Shown here in pieces: positions 23,476-35,479 of a stretch of DNA of 44,500 nucleotides (its first letter is position 1; each line of letters opens with the position of its first letter). The notes under the pieces are model-generated. The model made no database searches and was not told where the DNA came from. It saw only the letters and a program-made list of their open reading frames with translations. The DNA is from Octopus bimaculoides (taxonomy: Eukaryota), in NCBI RefSeq assembly GCF_001194135.2, contig NC_068985.1, positions 122,832,227 to 122,876,726 of the forward strand, given 5' to 3'. The translations under genes were made by a program, and so were the position numbers.

Positions 23476-25296
23476 GTAGCGTATTTTGTTAACCATAGTA
23501 AAAAATAGTATATATAAACCTGGGTAGAACATACTTCGTCTGTCTTGATTTACACAATAGTGTAAGTGATGGCAACGAGTATTAATTTGCTAGTTTATGA
23601 ATGAATTAATTAATTAATTAATTAGTAGAACCACTATACAACGTTTTGTTTTGTAAAAAGATCTAAGAGAAATTTATGGGGAAGTGTTGCGGGTGAACAA
23701 ACATTTTTCCACAGTGAACTTTAAAATGCTTTTATCTAGTAATTGATTCATTTACATCACTAATGCTTGCACTATTAAGCAAATTAAACTGCATCAGTTC
23801 AGTAGTATCAGAGTATATGTACTTTAAGTAGCTATGAAAAATTTTCCCTTCCGTAGTCAACAAAACGATAAAGCTCTAGTCGATGAAGAGTGACCATCAT
23901 GACACTTTTATATACATATTTGTATCATCCAATGTGTCTATTTCATTTTTAAATTGCATGCTGGGATTTGATTGAGACTAAGCTGCAATTTTTTGCAAGC
24001 CGCGCTACAGGATAAGACGCCCCTGCAGTATCTACTGTTATACATGTGCATGTATAGGTGTGCATGTGATTATTTATGTATGTATACGTATGAATGAATG
24101 TGTGTGCTTCACTGTGGTGTTGCTATTTAGCCACGAGGAAATTTAGAGCATCGGGACTCATTCTATAGTGGGACTACAGTCTCCAATATGGTGTCTTCCA
24201 TTTTCTTTGATATTGGTAGAATGGGATCTGTAATATATTTGGTTGCTTTTTCTTGCATGTCGAATGAAGTCATAATTGCTTCTCTCTGCGTGCGCGTATG
24301 CATGTGCATGTATATTGTTCACGAGAAGCGAAGATGCAACGTTGTAGAAATGTGTACAGTCGCAAGTTTGGCTTTGGTACTGTGGAGTGAAACTAGGTAG
24401 TAGAAAATTATAGCCGTACAACAAACGATAAAAAAATAATCAAGCAAATAAGGATAAGAAATCAGGAAGAAAGCGTATGAGCAAAAATAACCGCAGCAAA
24501 ATGTAATCTTCATTAGTTTTGATAATGAAATGACTGGCAAAAATCTGGAGTAATTGATTTAATACGGCTTAATATGGGATAAACTCATTAGGAAGATTAA
24601 TAATTTGAAACGGGCTGTGCCAATGTCGGAGCCAGAACAAGATCAGTACATCCATAAATACAGTCAGACGAAAGAAAAATAAAAGAAAGAAAAAGAAAAA
24701 GAAATAGAGATGTGATACATTTTTATCGATTATAAATTTCGACCGAATTTTTATTGTTGGTGAAACACAATTTCGAAACCCAGTAATCAATTCGTTACAA
24801 GGAATGTAAGATAAAAATGTCAGCCATTGATTTGCAGGCGATTCTTGATTTCTACAGATGTCAAGTCTAGATTGGTCTCTTGAAAATAAAACATAATGTG
24901 TTGTTGGCTTGTTACTTTCTCAAGTAAAATAGGGTATGAGCAATTTAATTAGAGTACAGATGACTTGGTACTATAGTATATGTAATGATACAAAAGTGCC
25001 CTTAAACTCTTGTTGGACTGACAAACCACAAGGGAAAAGACAAATACTACAGTACCTGAACGATTACTTCCCTCTATGAATATTTCCTTCCTTTGCCACT
25101 AGATCATGAAATCTGATGCTGTACCAGTTATAATGCAGAGTCATTATCAATTATTTAGATTCCAATTGAATAATTATGAACATTCGAACAAACCCTATGG
25201 TGTCTGTCTAATGAAATCTATTGATATATATCGCTAATTGTCATAGGTGTCTCTGTAGTCCGTGAGCAAATACTGACACACACTCGGCTCTCCCAG

Positions 25297-25421
25297 CCTT
25301 TAACCCAGCAGAACGTTGCGAATGTGATGAAGAGAAGATAGCACAGCGCTCGACTGATACTCAAGTTCTAGGCGAATTGACAGAAGCAACACTAAATGAA
25401 GTGGCTTGCTTAAAGGCATAA
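25297..25421 (+). CDS. Possible terminal coding exon of an unidentified gene (speculative)
   Basis: Branch-like TACTGAC (25271-25277), a pyrimidine tract and CAG precede the open frame FNPAERCECDEEKIAQRSTDTQVLGELTEATLNEVACLKA*. AATAAA at 25486. No homology recognised. Confidence 0.2.
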
Positions 25422-26166
25422 TACGCTGTCTGATCAATAAGAGTAACCATCTATATTTTAACTCCTCAAACATAGCGCTCCGAGAAATAAAGCTCAATAG
25501 ATTAATACATACTAAAATATGTATTAGATCGACCAAACACTGAACGGACGTGTCCTAGCCTGTAAGCAGTCCAATACTTAGATCAAAGAAAAGTAAAAGA
25601 ACCTGTCCTTGAAAGACTAACAATTCAGTGAAAAAAAAACCACAGAAAGAAAGATGAGAAGAAAGAAAAAAAAGAAAAAAATTACCAATTTAAACAACTC
25701 AGACACGACCAAACCATCTGTTGCAATGTTCATATTATTACACTAGCGATGATGCTGGAAACCCTTGAAAGCTGCCAGATACCATTATAATAATTGCGTT
25801 CTAGTTTCAAAACCACGTCTTATGATATTCTAAAAACTAAGCACTCGATACTGCTATTGCATGTTTTCTTCAACATGGAAATGTTCTGAAAAAAAAAATG
25901 CTCATAGTTTATTATATATACACGAGAAACATAAGCAGCTCTTCAAACTACTAAGGGTCATAGAATCCTATTATATTAGAAGATACACAAAAACATTCTT
26001 TATACAGCTTACTCAACTAACATCAGCTGTACAGAGATATCTGAAGATGTCGTTACAACAGTGGGTTTTTATTTGCTGCTTGCTCAAGGGAATAACAATG
26101 CTTTCTTATTCAAACTCCCACTGTTCATCGCTCGTTCTTACCAACCAATAAGATATAAAGCCTAAT

Positions 26167-26221
<55 letters not shown>

Positions 26222-26729
26222 TATGTATGCATACATGTATGTATAGATGTGTGTATGAACGTATGAATGTATCCTGTTGAGCAGAAGATGATAAGTATCA
26301 GCTGTTCTGTTCACATTAGTTCAATGCAGTAGTCCTAAAGAAGAATGGTTGGAGTTTGCTCTCTCCTAGAATAAAAAAAAACAAAAGTTGATTTAAATCT
26401 TTTCAGACACGCTATTATATCTACCGAATAAGATGATGCTCGACAAACCATTCTAATATACTCACGTTCTCTCTTTCACTCTCTTCATTTTCTCTCTCCT
26501 GATCCCATCTTTCTTCTTTCTTCTTCCTTCCTCTCTTTCTCTCTCACATTTTCCATGCTGGTGAATACTTGTAGAGTTGTACACCCACATTCCCACACCC
26601 AAATGCAAACATGTATGACTGTAGATAAGCTTGTTCAAAATCGAGTGTATTTTTACAGATCTCCGATTGCATCACCACTTTTATGTTTATATTTACATAC
26701 ACACAAGTATATATACTATATGTGTAAGA

Positions 26730-26777
<48 letters not shown>

Positions 26778-26803
26778 CACATATATATGTATCTATATAT
26801 ACA

Positions 26804-26857
<54 letters not shown>

Positions 26858-27415
26858 CGCATACATATATATTTATACATATATATACATATATGTATGT
26901 ATGCACGTACACATATACATTTGTCTTTATGTTACAAAACAATATTACATTAAATACTTCTAGTAGAGTACAACTTTATTATTCTTTCACAATGTGTGCG
27001 CGTGTGCGTGTGCGTGTATGTATGTATACATGTCTGTAAGTATGTATGTCTATATTTTTATCTATCTATCTATATGTGAGAGAGAGAGGGGAAGAGAGAG
27101 GGGAGAGAGAGGGGAGAGGGAGAGGGAGAGAGAGGGAGAGAGAGGGAGAGAGAGATAGAGAGTAAGTGAGCGAAGTATATATTTTGTAAAACATGAATCA
27201 GAAGGTAAATTTTAACAATGCAAGAGAGTTGTATGTTTTTGTATGCAAATGTTCGCATGTCGGTTTGTATGAAGTATATATCATTGACATATGTTTATTT
27301 GTAAGTACATATGAATGCGCATCTGTGCATATACATACACACACACGCGTATACATGCACATATGTGTATTCATGTACGTTTACAGCTCTCCCCCTCTTT
27401 CTATTCCTCTCTCAG

Positions 27416-27484
<69 letters not shown>

Positions 27485-28611
27485 TTATGTCTCTGGAGCT
27501 GTCTCTCTGTCTGTCTGCTGTTCATCCTTTCTTCTGTTCGTCTTTACGTGTATCCGTCTGTGAATAAATTCGTGTTAAATATGAAGAAACAATTGATGTG
27601 TTTAGCGCAAAACTATTATTGCAGGTTCAAATAAACTTTTTTCTAATTCCTCAGACCTACTTGTCTACAATTCTATACCATAGGTTTTCATATTTGTTTT
27701 TCTATGAAATGGATGAAAGTATCCGTATATCATAGATACTTGTAGTCTAAATTTCGCCCCAATTTAGGTTCTATAAAAATCCGTACTACAATAAGCTTAA
27801 GCTTTCAGACCAAACAGAAATTGCTTTCATCCTCGATTCACGAGACGTAAACAAGTTTCTGCAAGGTGTAATGTATAGCTTGTGGTATTAAACACGAACC
27901 GGAATTCTTGCGATGACGTAACAGTCGTATATTTATCTAAAGCTATCATCATTTAGCATTACCCCTCACCACCCATTAGTTGTACATCTAGCACTGTAAG
28001 TTACAGCCAGCAGATGGTTTTCAACATACGATTTGGATGGATATTTGGAGAATATCTGCGATCACGTAATCTGGATTTTACCTGTTCCATTCGCTAAATT
28101 TGGAATTTTATTCGCATACATAACAACCCCAGTTGCTAACCGTGAACTACCAAATAACTTTTTTCAGCTTATCGAACATTGATATGGGAGAAATTTACAA
28201 CCTTCTACGCCAATAAGCCACTATTGTTCCTGAAAGTTGTTTTTTATACCTTCTACAGACTACTCCAATTTTGTATGTATGTATGTATGTATGTATGTAT
28301 GTATGTATGTATGTATGTATGTATGTATGTATAGGTAGATAAGAGACTCCTTTTACAACCTCGTGAATTAGGATCCAGTTGTCATTGCGCGGCAGCTGGT
28401 ACAAGTACTTTCTACATTATCCCTGATCCACATAAAAAAAAAAACGTGAATAAATTTAGTAGACAAAAACTGAGGAAACTCGTCATACGTGTGTGTGCGT
28501 GTGTGTGAATGTGTGTGTGTGTGTGTTTGTTTGTTTGTGTTTGTGCTGTGTTTATCGCCGAATCACTGCTGCTCGTTAACCAGTGCTGGTTTACTCTTTA
28601 CTCTCTTTACT

Positions 28612-28821
28612 CTTTTACTTGTTTCAGTCATTTGACTGCGGCCATGCTGGAGCACCGCCTTTAGTCGAGCAAATCGACCCCAGGACTTATTCTTTGTAAG
28701 CCTAGTACTTATTTTATCGGTCTGTCTTGCCGAACCGCTAAGTTACGGGGACGTAAACACACCAGCATCGGTTGTCAAGCGATGGTGGGGGACAAACACA
28801 GACACACAAACACACACACAT

Positions 28822-28853
<32 letters not shown>

Positions 28854-29097
28854 NNNNNNNNNNNNNNNNNNNNNNNNNNNNNNNNNNNNNNNNNNNNNNN
28901 NNNNNNNNNNNNNNNNNNNNNNNNNNNNNNNNNTATATACGACTGGCTTCTTTCAGTTTCCGTCTACCAAATCCATTCACAAGGCTTTGGTCAGCCCGAG
29001 GCTATAGTAGAAGACACTTGCCCAAGGTGCCACGCAGTGGGACTGAACCCGGAACCATGTGGCTGGTAAGCAAGCTACTTACCACATAGCTACTCCT
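28612..29097 (-). mobile_element. tRNA-derived SINE family A (gap inside the internal microsatellite)
   Basis: High similarity to 231-594. Confidence 0.9.
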
Positions 29098-29119
29098 TCG
29101 CCTTTTTTAACTTACTGGT

Positions 29120-29242
29120 TCAGCAAACAAGATCGATGGAGTAAGAACCAGACTTAAAAAAGACTAAGTACTAGAGTCGATGTTTTCGACTAAACCCTTA
29201 AAGGCCGTAGTCCAATGATTGAAATAAGTAAAAGATAAAAGG
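29120..29242 (+). mobile_element. SINE 3' tail remnant related to the family A tail
   Basis: AGTACTAGAGTCGATG..TTCGACTAAACCC...ATGATTGAAATAAGTAAAAGATAAAAG. Confidence 0.6.
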
Positions 29243-29705
29243 TCAGATGTCTTTGGACCTGTATTCGTGTCTCTCTACAATGTATTCGTATATAACCCCA
29301 CGTATATATGACGATGACTGTTTATATCTCTGTAGATATATATACTTGTGAATGCATTTTTTCCTGGTATCTCTGACAGTATTTGTTCGTGCGTGCGCGC
29401 GTTTTTATTACTTACATCAATGCAGTGTTATATTGTATGCTATGTATGGTTCTACATATACCCAACTCTATGTATTTAAATGGTTTCCGCAATAATCGTA
29501 TATTTTATTGAAATCGCTCCGAGGGAGCTAGAAGTTGTTGCAACAGCACTCAGCTCTGACTTCAAGCTTCTTATGGCAGAAAAAAGGTGATAACGTAACT
29601 CCTCTTGTTTTTCTCATTCATTAATTGGTGTATACATACGCACATATACACACGCATATATATGCATATACACAAACACACACACACATATATATATATA
29701 TATGC

Positions 29706-29753
<48 letters not shown>

Positions 29754-30223
29754 NNNNNNNNNNNNNNNNNNNNNNNNNNNNNNNNNNNNNNNNNNNNNNN
29801 NNNNNNNNNNNNNNNNNNNNNNNNNNNNNNNNNNNNNNNNNNNNNNNNNNNNNNNNNNNNNNNNNNNNNNNNNNNNNNNNNNNNNNNNNNNNNNNNNNNN
29901 NNNNNNNNNNNNNNNNNNNNNNNNNNNNNNNNNNNNNNNNNNNNNNNNNNNNNNNNNNNNNNNNNNNNNNNNNNNNNNNNNNNNNNNNNNNNNNNNNNNN
30001 NNNNNNNNNNNNNNNNNNNNNNNNNNNNNNNNNNNNNNNNNNNNNNNNNNNNNNNNNNNNNNNNNNNNNNNNNNNNNNNNNNNNNNNNNNNNNNNNNNNN
30101 NNNNNNNNNNNNNNNNNNNNNNNNNNNNNNNNNNNNNNNNNNNNNNNNNNNNNNNNNNNNNNNNNNNNNNNNNNNNNNNNNNNNNNNNNNNNNNNNNNNN
30201 NNNNNNNNNNNNNNNNNNNNNNN

Positions 30224-30293
<70 letters not shown>

Positions 30294-30650
30294 CAAGAGA
30301 GAAAGAGAGACGAATATGTATGGGAAAAGAAGATAACGATGAGGAGAAGAAGAAGAAGAGATAGATTGTCGAATGCTAGAAAAAATATTTATGAAAATCC
30401 TGACAAACATAAGTGTGCAAACGTTCGCTTTTCTTTTAATTCATTTCGAATACACCCATGAGTATTTTAAATACGCATGTTCGAGGTTTTCCCATATATT
30501 CTCCACAACATTCCATTATGTGCGTCTTCTTCTTCTTCTTCTTCTTCTTCTTCTTCTTCTTCTTCTTCTTCTTCTTCTTCTTCTTCTTCTTCTTCTTCTT
30601 CTTCTTCTTCTTCTTCTTCTTCTTCTTCTTCTTCTTCTTCTTCTTCTTCT
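30224..30650. repeat. (GA)n (30224-30308) and (TTC)n (30525-30650) microsatellites
   Basis: Directly visible. Confidence 0.95.
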
Positions 30651-32140
30651 AAAGTGAAGAAGAGATACAATAAATACAATATTTTATCTCTTTATTTTGT
30701 GATATGTCATATTAGCTATATCAGGGGTGAAGGATCGACTGAACTGGTTGACCAATGAACTGAAACAAGATGCCTTCCTATATTTGCTGTTGTTTGGAGT
30801 TCAAATCCTGTTGATGTCAATTTTGCATTACACCTTCCTGAGTCAAGTTAAATAAAGTATCCATCAAGAATATACTAGCAAGTTCCTGTGTCACAAACGT
30901 TAAAGCGAGAAATTTAATATTTCGCCTTTCTATGGGCTATGTTCAAATTCAGGCTAGATCATTGGGCACACAAAGCTTGTAGAAATAGTTTTGTGGCTTA
31001 CTACCAATGCAGAAAATCCCTACTTCATATTAGGGACGGTGAAATATAACGAAGCGTGAAACTTGATGCCTTAATTAGGCGATTCTGAACGTTGCGGAGT
31101 TTAGCGTCCTTTTTCAAGGAATAAAATTTTTAAAATGTTCCCTACGCATGTTTTACCACCTACCACATAAAAAACATCCTCACAAAACAGTAAATTATTT
31201 AAAACAAACAAAAGCGAATTTTCTGCAATGGTTTCTTGTTTAATACATTGTGCATCTTTTTGGATATTTAAATGGACTAGAGCGTCCTATGAAATTAGGT
31301 GGGCACATTATATAATAGAAATATAGTGAACTTTGGCGCATCATAATTTGTAGAGGAACTTCTCGCATCATAATTCCTGTCACTGATGACAATATTTTAT
31401 TCAAATTTTAATCCCGACAAAGACTTTTGAAAATGTATTTAAAATATAAATATTGTATCTGGTTTAATCGTTTTTTGCCGAAGAAAAATCACGATGCCTT
31501 AAATACTCATCGCCCGCATCCTATAGCGCCGCAGTTAAGAGGTTTATAGTTTATTATGCTTATCTGGTGTTTATGAGCTAGTTCCCTAATGATACGAGAT
31601 ACAATGCAGATAATGATGGAATAGAAGATACTTCCTTGGACAAGTTATCTTTGTTCATATGCTCGGAATAGCTAGAGCCTTGTGATAGAAATTTGGTAAA
31701 CGGAAATTATGTAGAAGCCTGTGAGAAGGGCCCGCTCCATCTTGAGTGGTGGTGGTGGCAAAACGTTATACATCGCACATTTTAACACAACCATCTGATC
31801 TTTAGGTACGTTTAGCGAATCCATTTTGTTTCAAGCATTTGAGTCAAGTTTCTAATCAGTAAGTTCCCCTCATCAGTCTTGAAAGCCGTGAAAAATTGTG
31901 CCGGTGCTACCATTTCTTCACTGACAACTTACCTCTCTGCACCGTCCTGCTGATTTTGAAGAGTGGTTTGCGCTTGTGAAACTCTCGTGGGGAATTTAAA
32001 TTTGGTTTCTGGCTACCTTCCTATGGGTATTTTTTCACTTAATAGAAGACCATCTAGTCAGTTAAATACAAATATGTGTCTGAGCATGCAGAACACAAAG
32101 AATTGGAACAAAAGCATTCTGTGAAAAGATTTAATGATAC

Positions 32141-32297
32141 AGCTCATCCAACACTATGGATCTGTATTATATTTTATCGCCCCTTGAAAGATGAAAGCTA
32201 AATATGACCTCAAAGGACATTTGAACTCAGAATGTAAACAATCAGAATACTGCGAGTCGTATGGTCTGATGCTCAAACGATTCTGGCATTTCACTGC
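32141..32297 (-). mobile_element. Decayed SINE family B
   Basis: TTTTATCGCCCC.TGAAAGATGAAAG...ATTTGAACTCAGAATG...AACGATTCTGGC. Confidence 0.65.
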
Positions 32298-32666
32298 TTA
32301 TAAAGAAGGTAAAGAGTCCGGGTATCGATCTCTGCCACTAGTCTTTGACTGTCCAATATAAAAACAAACACAACAGCTATAGAGCTAGATTTATTTTAGA
32401 ATATCCGTTTTCGCATTTACATTCTCCAGATATTTTCAGCCGGTTCTTGAGGTTGTATTCTTTATTGTATTCTTCGTTCACGTTCAAAAACAATGATTAC
32501 TGCAATGCAGCAGTCCATGATTACATTTTAATGTCCACTTTTTAAAAAGTATGCGTTAAACACATTTTAATGCGTTTATTTTCAAATATATTTCCTTAAA
32601 ATAGATTATTTTTACTAATTTCAACCTCGAATTTCCGTCGCGTACATGTCATTCGTAATTATCAAT

Positions 32667-32752
<86 letters not shown>

Positions 32753-33065
32753 ATACTTTCTTTTATTGGCCACAAGAACCGCAAAAGCATATTTAGAAGA
32801 ATACAAAGACAAACGTCAATGGGATTTTACATAAACACGTAAACACAATAAAAATAATAACAATTAACTAGGAAATTATAACAACAAAATTTCCAAATAA
32901 GAAAGAGCATTACTCAAGGATAACTAAAGAAGCCAACTGATTCTCGTTGACCTCGACTGCCAAGGGCACCACTTGGAGGCTTTCTCCTATCCGTTTACTT
33001 CAACCTTCAGGGGCCAGATTAGAGGTAAGCCCACTCACGTGAGGCATGGACAATTCTACAGGGGA
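32667..33065 (-). mobile_element. LINE 3'UTR remnant with AATAAA and (TAG)n tail (clade uncertain, possibly L1/Tx1-like)
   Basis: Minus strand has a U-rich UTR, then GTGGCCAATAAAAAGAAAG, then (TAG)n at 32667-32752. Confidence 0.5.
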
Positions 33066-33074
33066 ACAGAAAGT

Positions 33075-33460
33075 AACAACCACGGCAGCAAAAGTTGTGA
33101 TTGGCTGAAGAGAAGCAGCCTAAAAAAGGTAAGCGAAATACTGATAATAACAGCACAGGATCAAGCCCTTACAGGTCAGATAACGAAAATGTCTGACAAA
33201 GAGATCATCGATGGAAAGTGTAGGCATTGTAATGCGTGGGATGAGACAGTCTGACGTATAATAAATGAGTCTCCGAAATTTGTACAAAATACTCCAAAAA
33301 TTAGAGGCATATTTGACTTCGACTATGCTGAAAGATGTTAGGAACGCGAAGCAGAAGGCTCCTAGAGAAGGAAGAAAATGACAAAATGAAGATACTGTGG
33401 GACTTGATGATATAGACTAAGAGCACAATCGATTCTCCTATTCAAAGAGAAAGAATCATT
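33075..33460 (+). mobile_element. Decayed R4/Dong-type fragment (post-RT, CCHC knuckle)
   Basis: SCDWLKRSSLKKVSEILIITAQDQAL...KCRHCNAWDETV...ENDKMKILWD. Confidence 0.8.
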
Positions 33461-33584
33461 TAGTAAGGACATTGGTATGCGATTTGTGGTCAATGACTGC
33501 AATATAAATTATGAAGTATGGCCAAAATATTATAAAAGGTGGGACAAAGATAACACAACATCATATTATTATATCACTGGATGA

Positions 33585-34604
33585 GCATAAGGGATGCAAG
33601 TACTTAGGGGTGCTGTAAGGTGATGAGATAATGGAAAAGAAAATGAAAGTCTCCAATGAGTACAAGAGAAGGGTTTCAAAGCTACTAAAATCTACAAAAC
33701 CTACTGGAGGGGCATACCAAAGTCGAGATTCTTTTGAAGTGAACTATTGTCAAAATATCGATGAGGTTTTTAAAATCGTGGGAGATTTTACGGATAGTAA
33801 AAAGAACGCCACGATAAACAGCTAGAAGGAGAAGGTATTACATGGCCAATTATGCAACAAACAGTGGGCTCGAACTAAAGAATGATGAAGTGACTAGGAA
33901 ATGCAAACTGAAACGAGAAACGGAATCGTTAACTGTAGCCGCTCAGGAACTAGCAACCAGGACGAATTTGATAAAACTCAGCCAATCAAAAAGTATATAC
34001 AAAAAGTATAGAAAAGAGGACGAAAATATTAACCATCTCCTAAGTGAATGCAATAAGGTAGCCCTGAAAGAGTATAAAGGCAAGCATGATTGGGTTAAAA
34101 AAAGATTACATAGGGATGTTAGTCAAATTTGAGGATTTGAAGTGACGGAAAAGAGGGATGAAGATGAAAAATAATTACAGGATTTTATGAAATTTTCCAT
34201 TGAAAATGATCATATTGAAATAAGGAGACCAGATATAATTGAAGGAACGATGTAATGCTATTGACTTTACGATCTCATATGAAAAAAGAATGAATATTAA
34301 AGAAATAGAATAAATTGAGAAGTATGAGGGTATAGCTATGAAGTGATTGTGAAATATAAGTGTGAAAATTGTTCCTGTAGTAATTGGTGAACTTGAGACA
34401 ACACCCCTAAGGGTCTGAAAGATATTAGAATTATGACAAGCATTGCCGATCAGCAGAAAAGTGTCAACTTGTATTCTGATAGACTCTTTAGAAAGTTTTT
34501 TTGAGATTGGGACCTGTTATCACCAAACCTTAAAATAACATCACTGCTATTACATCTCTGCTAGAATGTAATAACTTTTGTATAATAACGAAAATAATAA
34601 TAAC

Positions 34605-34634
<30 letters not shown>
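33585..34634 (+). mobile_element. Decayed 5'-truncated R4/Dong-type copy ending in (TAA)n
   Basis: KYLGVL, EYKRRVSKLLKS, LKRETESLTVAAQE, NINHLLSEC...KHDWV, RRPDII, IEKYE, VPVVIG; TAA tract at about 34593-34634. Confidence 0.8.
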
Positions 34635-34635
<1 letters not shown>

Positions 34636-34833
34636 GTTCTAAATTTTGAACTATTATTTCGGGGGTAGGGGTAAGTCAATTTCATTGACCCCTTTGCTCA
34701 GTTGGTACTTATTTTATCGGCCCCGAAGGGAGGATACGCACAGTAGACATCGGTGCCATTTGAACTCGGAATGTAATGACGGACGAAATACCGCTAAGTA
34801 TTTTGTCCGACTGGCTAATGATTCTGCCAGCTC
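34635..34833 (-). mobile_element. SINE family B embedded in (TAA)n
   Basis: Minus-strand head GAGCTGGCAGAATCATTAG and CCGAGTTCAAAT B-box; TAA tracts on both sides. Confidence 0.85.
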
Positions 34834-34879
<46 letters not shown>

Positions 34880-34905
34880 TTAATAATAATAATAGTAATA
34901 ATTAT

Positions 34906-34941
<36 letters not shown>

Positions 34942-34984
34942 TATAATAATAATAATACTAATAATAATTATAATAATAATAATG

Positions 34985-35079
<95 letters not shown>

Positions 35080-35419
35080 TATTATTATAATAATAATAAC
35101 AATAACAATAACAATAACNNNNNNNNNNNNNNNNNNNNNNNNNNNNNNNNNNNNNNNNNNNNNNNNNNNNNNNNNNNNNNNNNNNNNNNNNNNNNNNNNN
35201 NNNNNNNNNNNNNNNNNNNNNNNNNNNNNNNNNNNNNNNNNNNNNNNNNNNNNNNNNNNNNNNNNNNNNNNNNNNNNNNNNNNNNNNNNNNNNNNNNNNN
35301 NNNNNNNNNNNNNNNNNNNNNNNNNNNNNNNNNNNNNNNNNNNNNNNNNNNNNNNNNNNNNNNNNNNNNNNNNNNNNNNNNNNNNNNNNNNNNNNNNNNN
35401 NNNNNNNNNNNNNNNNNNN

Positions 35420-35455
<36 letters not shown>

Positions 35456-35479
35456 AATAATAATAATAATAATAATAAA
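34834..35479. repeat. Long (TAA)n/(TAT)n/(GAT)n tract containing an assembly gap
   Basis: Directly visible; gap at 35119-35419. Confidence 0.95.

Noticed and set aside
26370-26466. Minus-strand GTGAGT...TTCTAG ~97-nt mini-intron
   Set aside because: The flanking exons are low-complexity GA sequence or close within about 10 codons.
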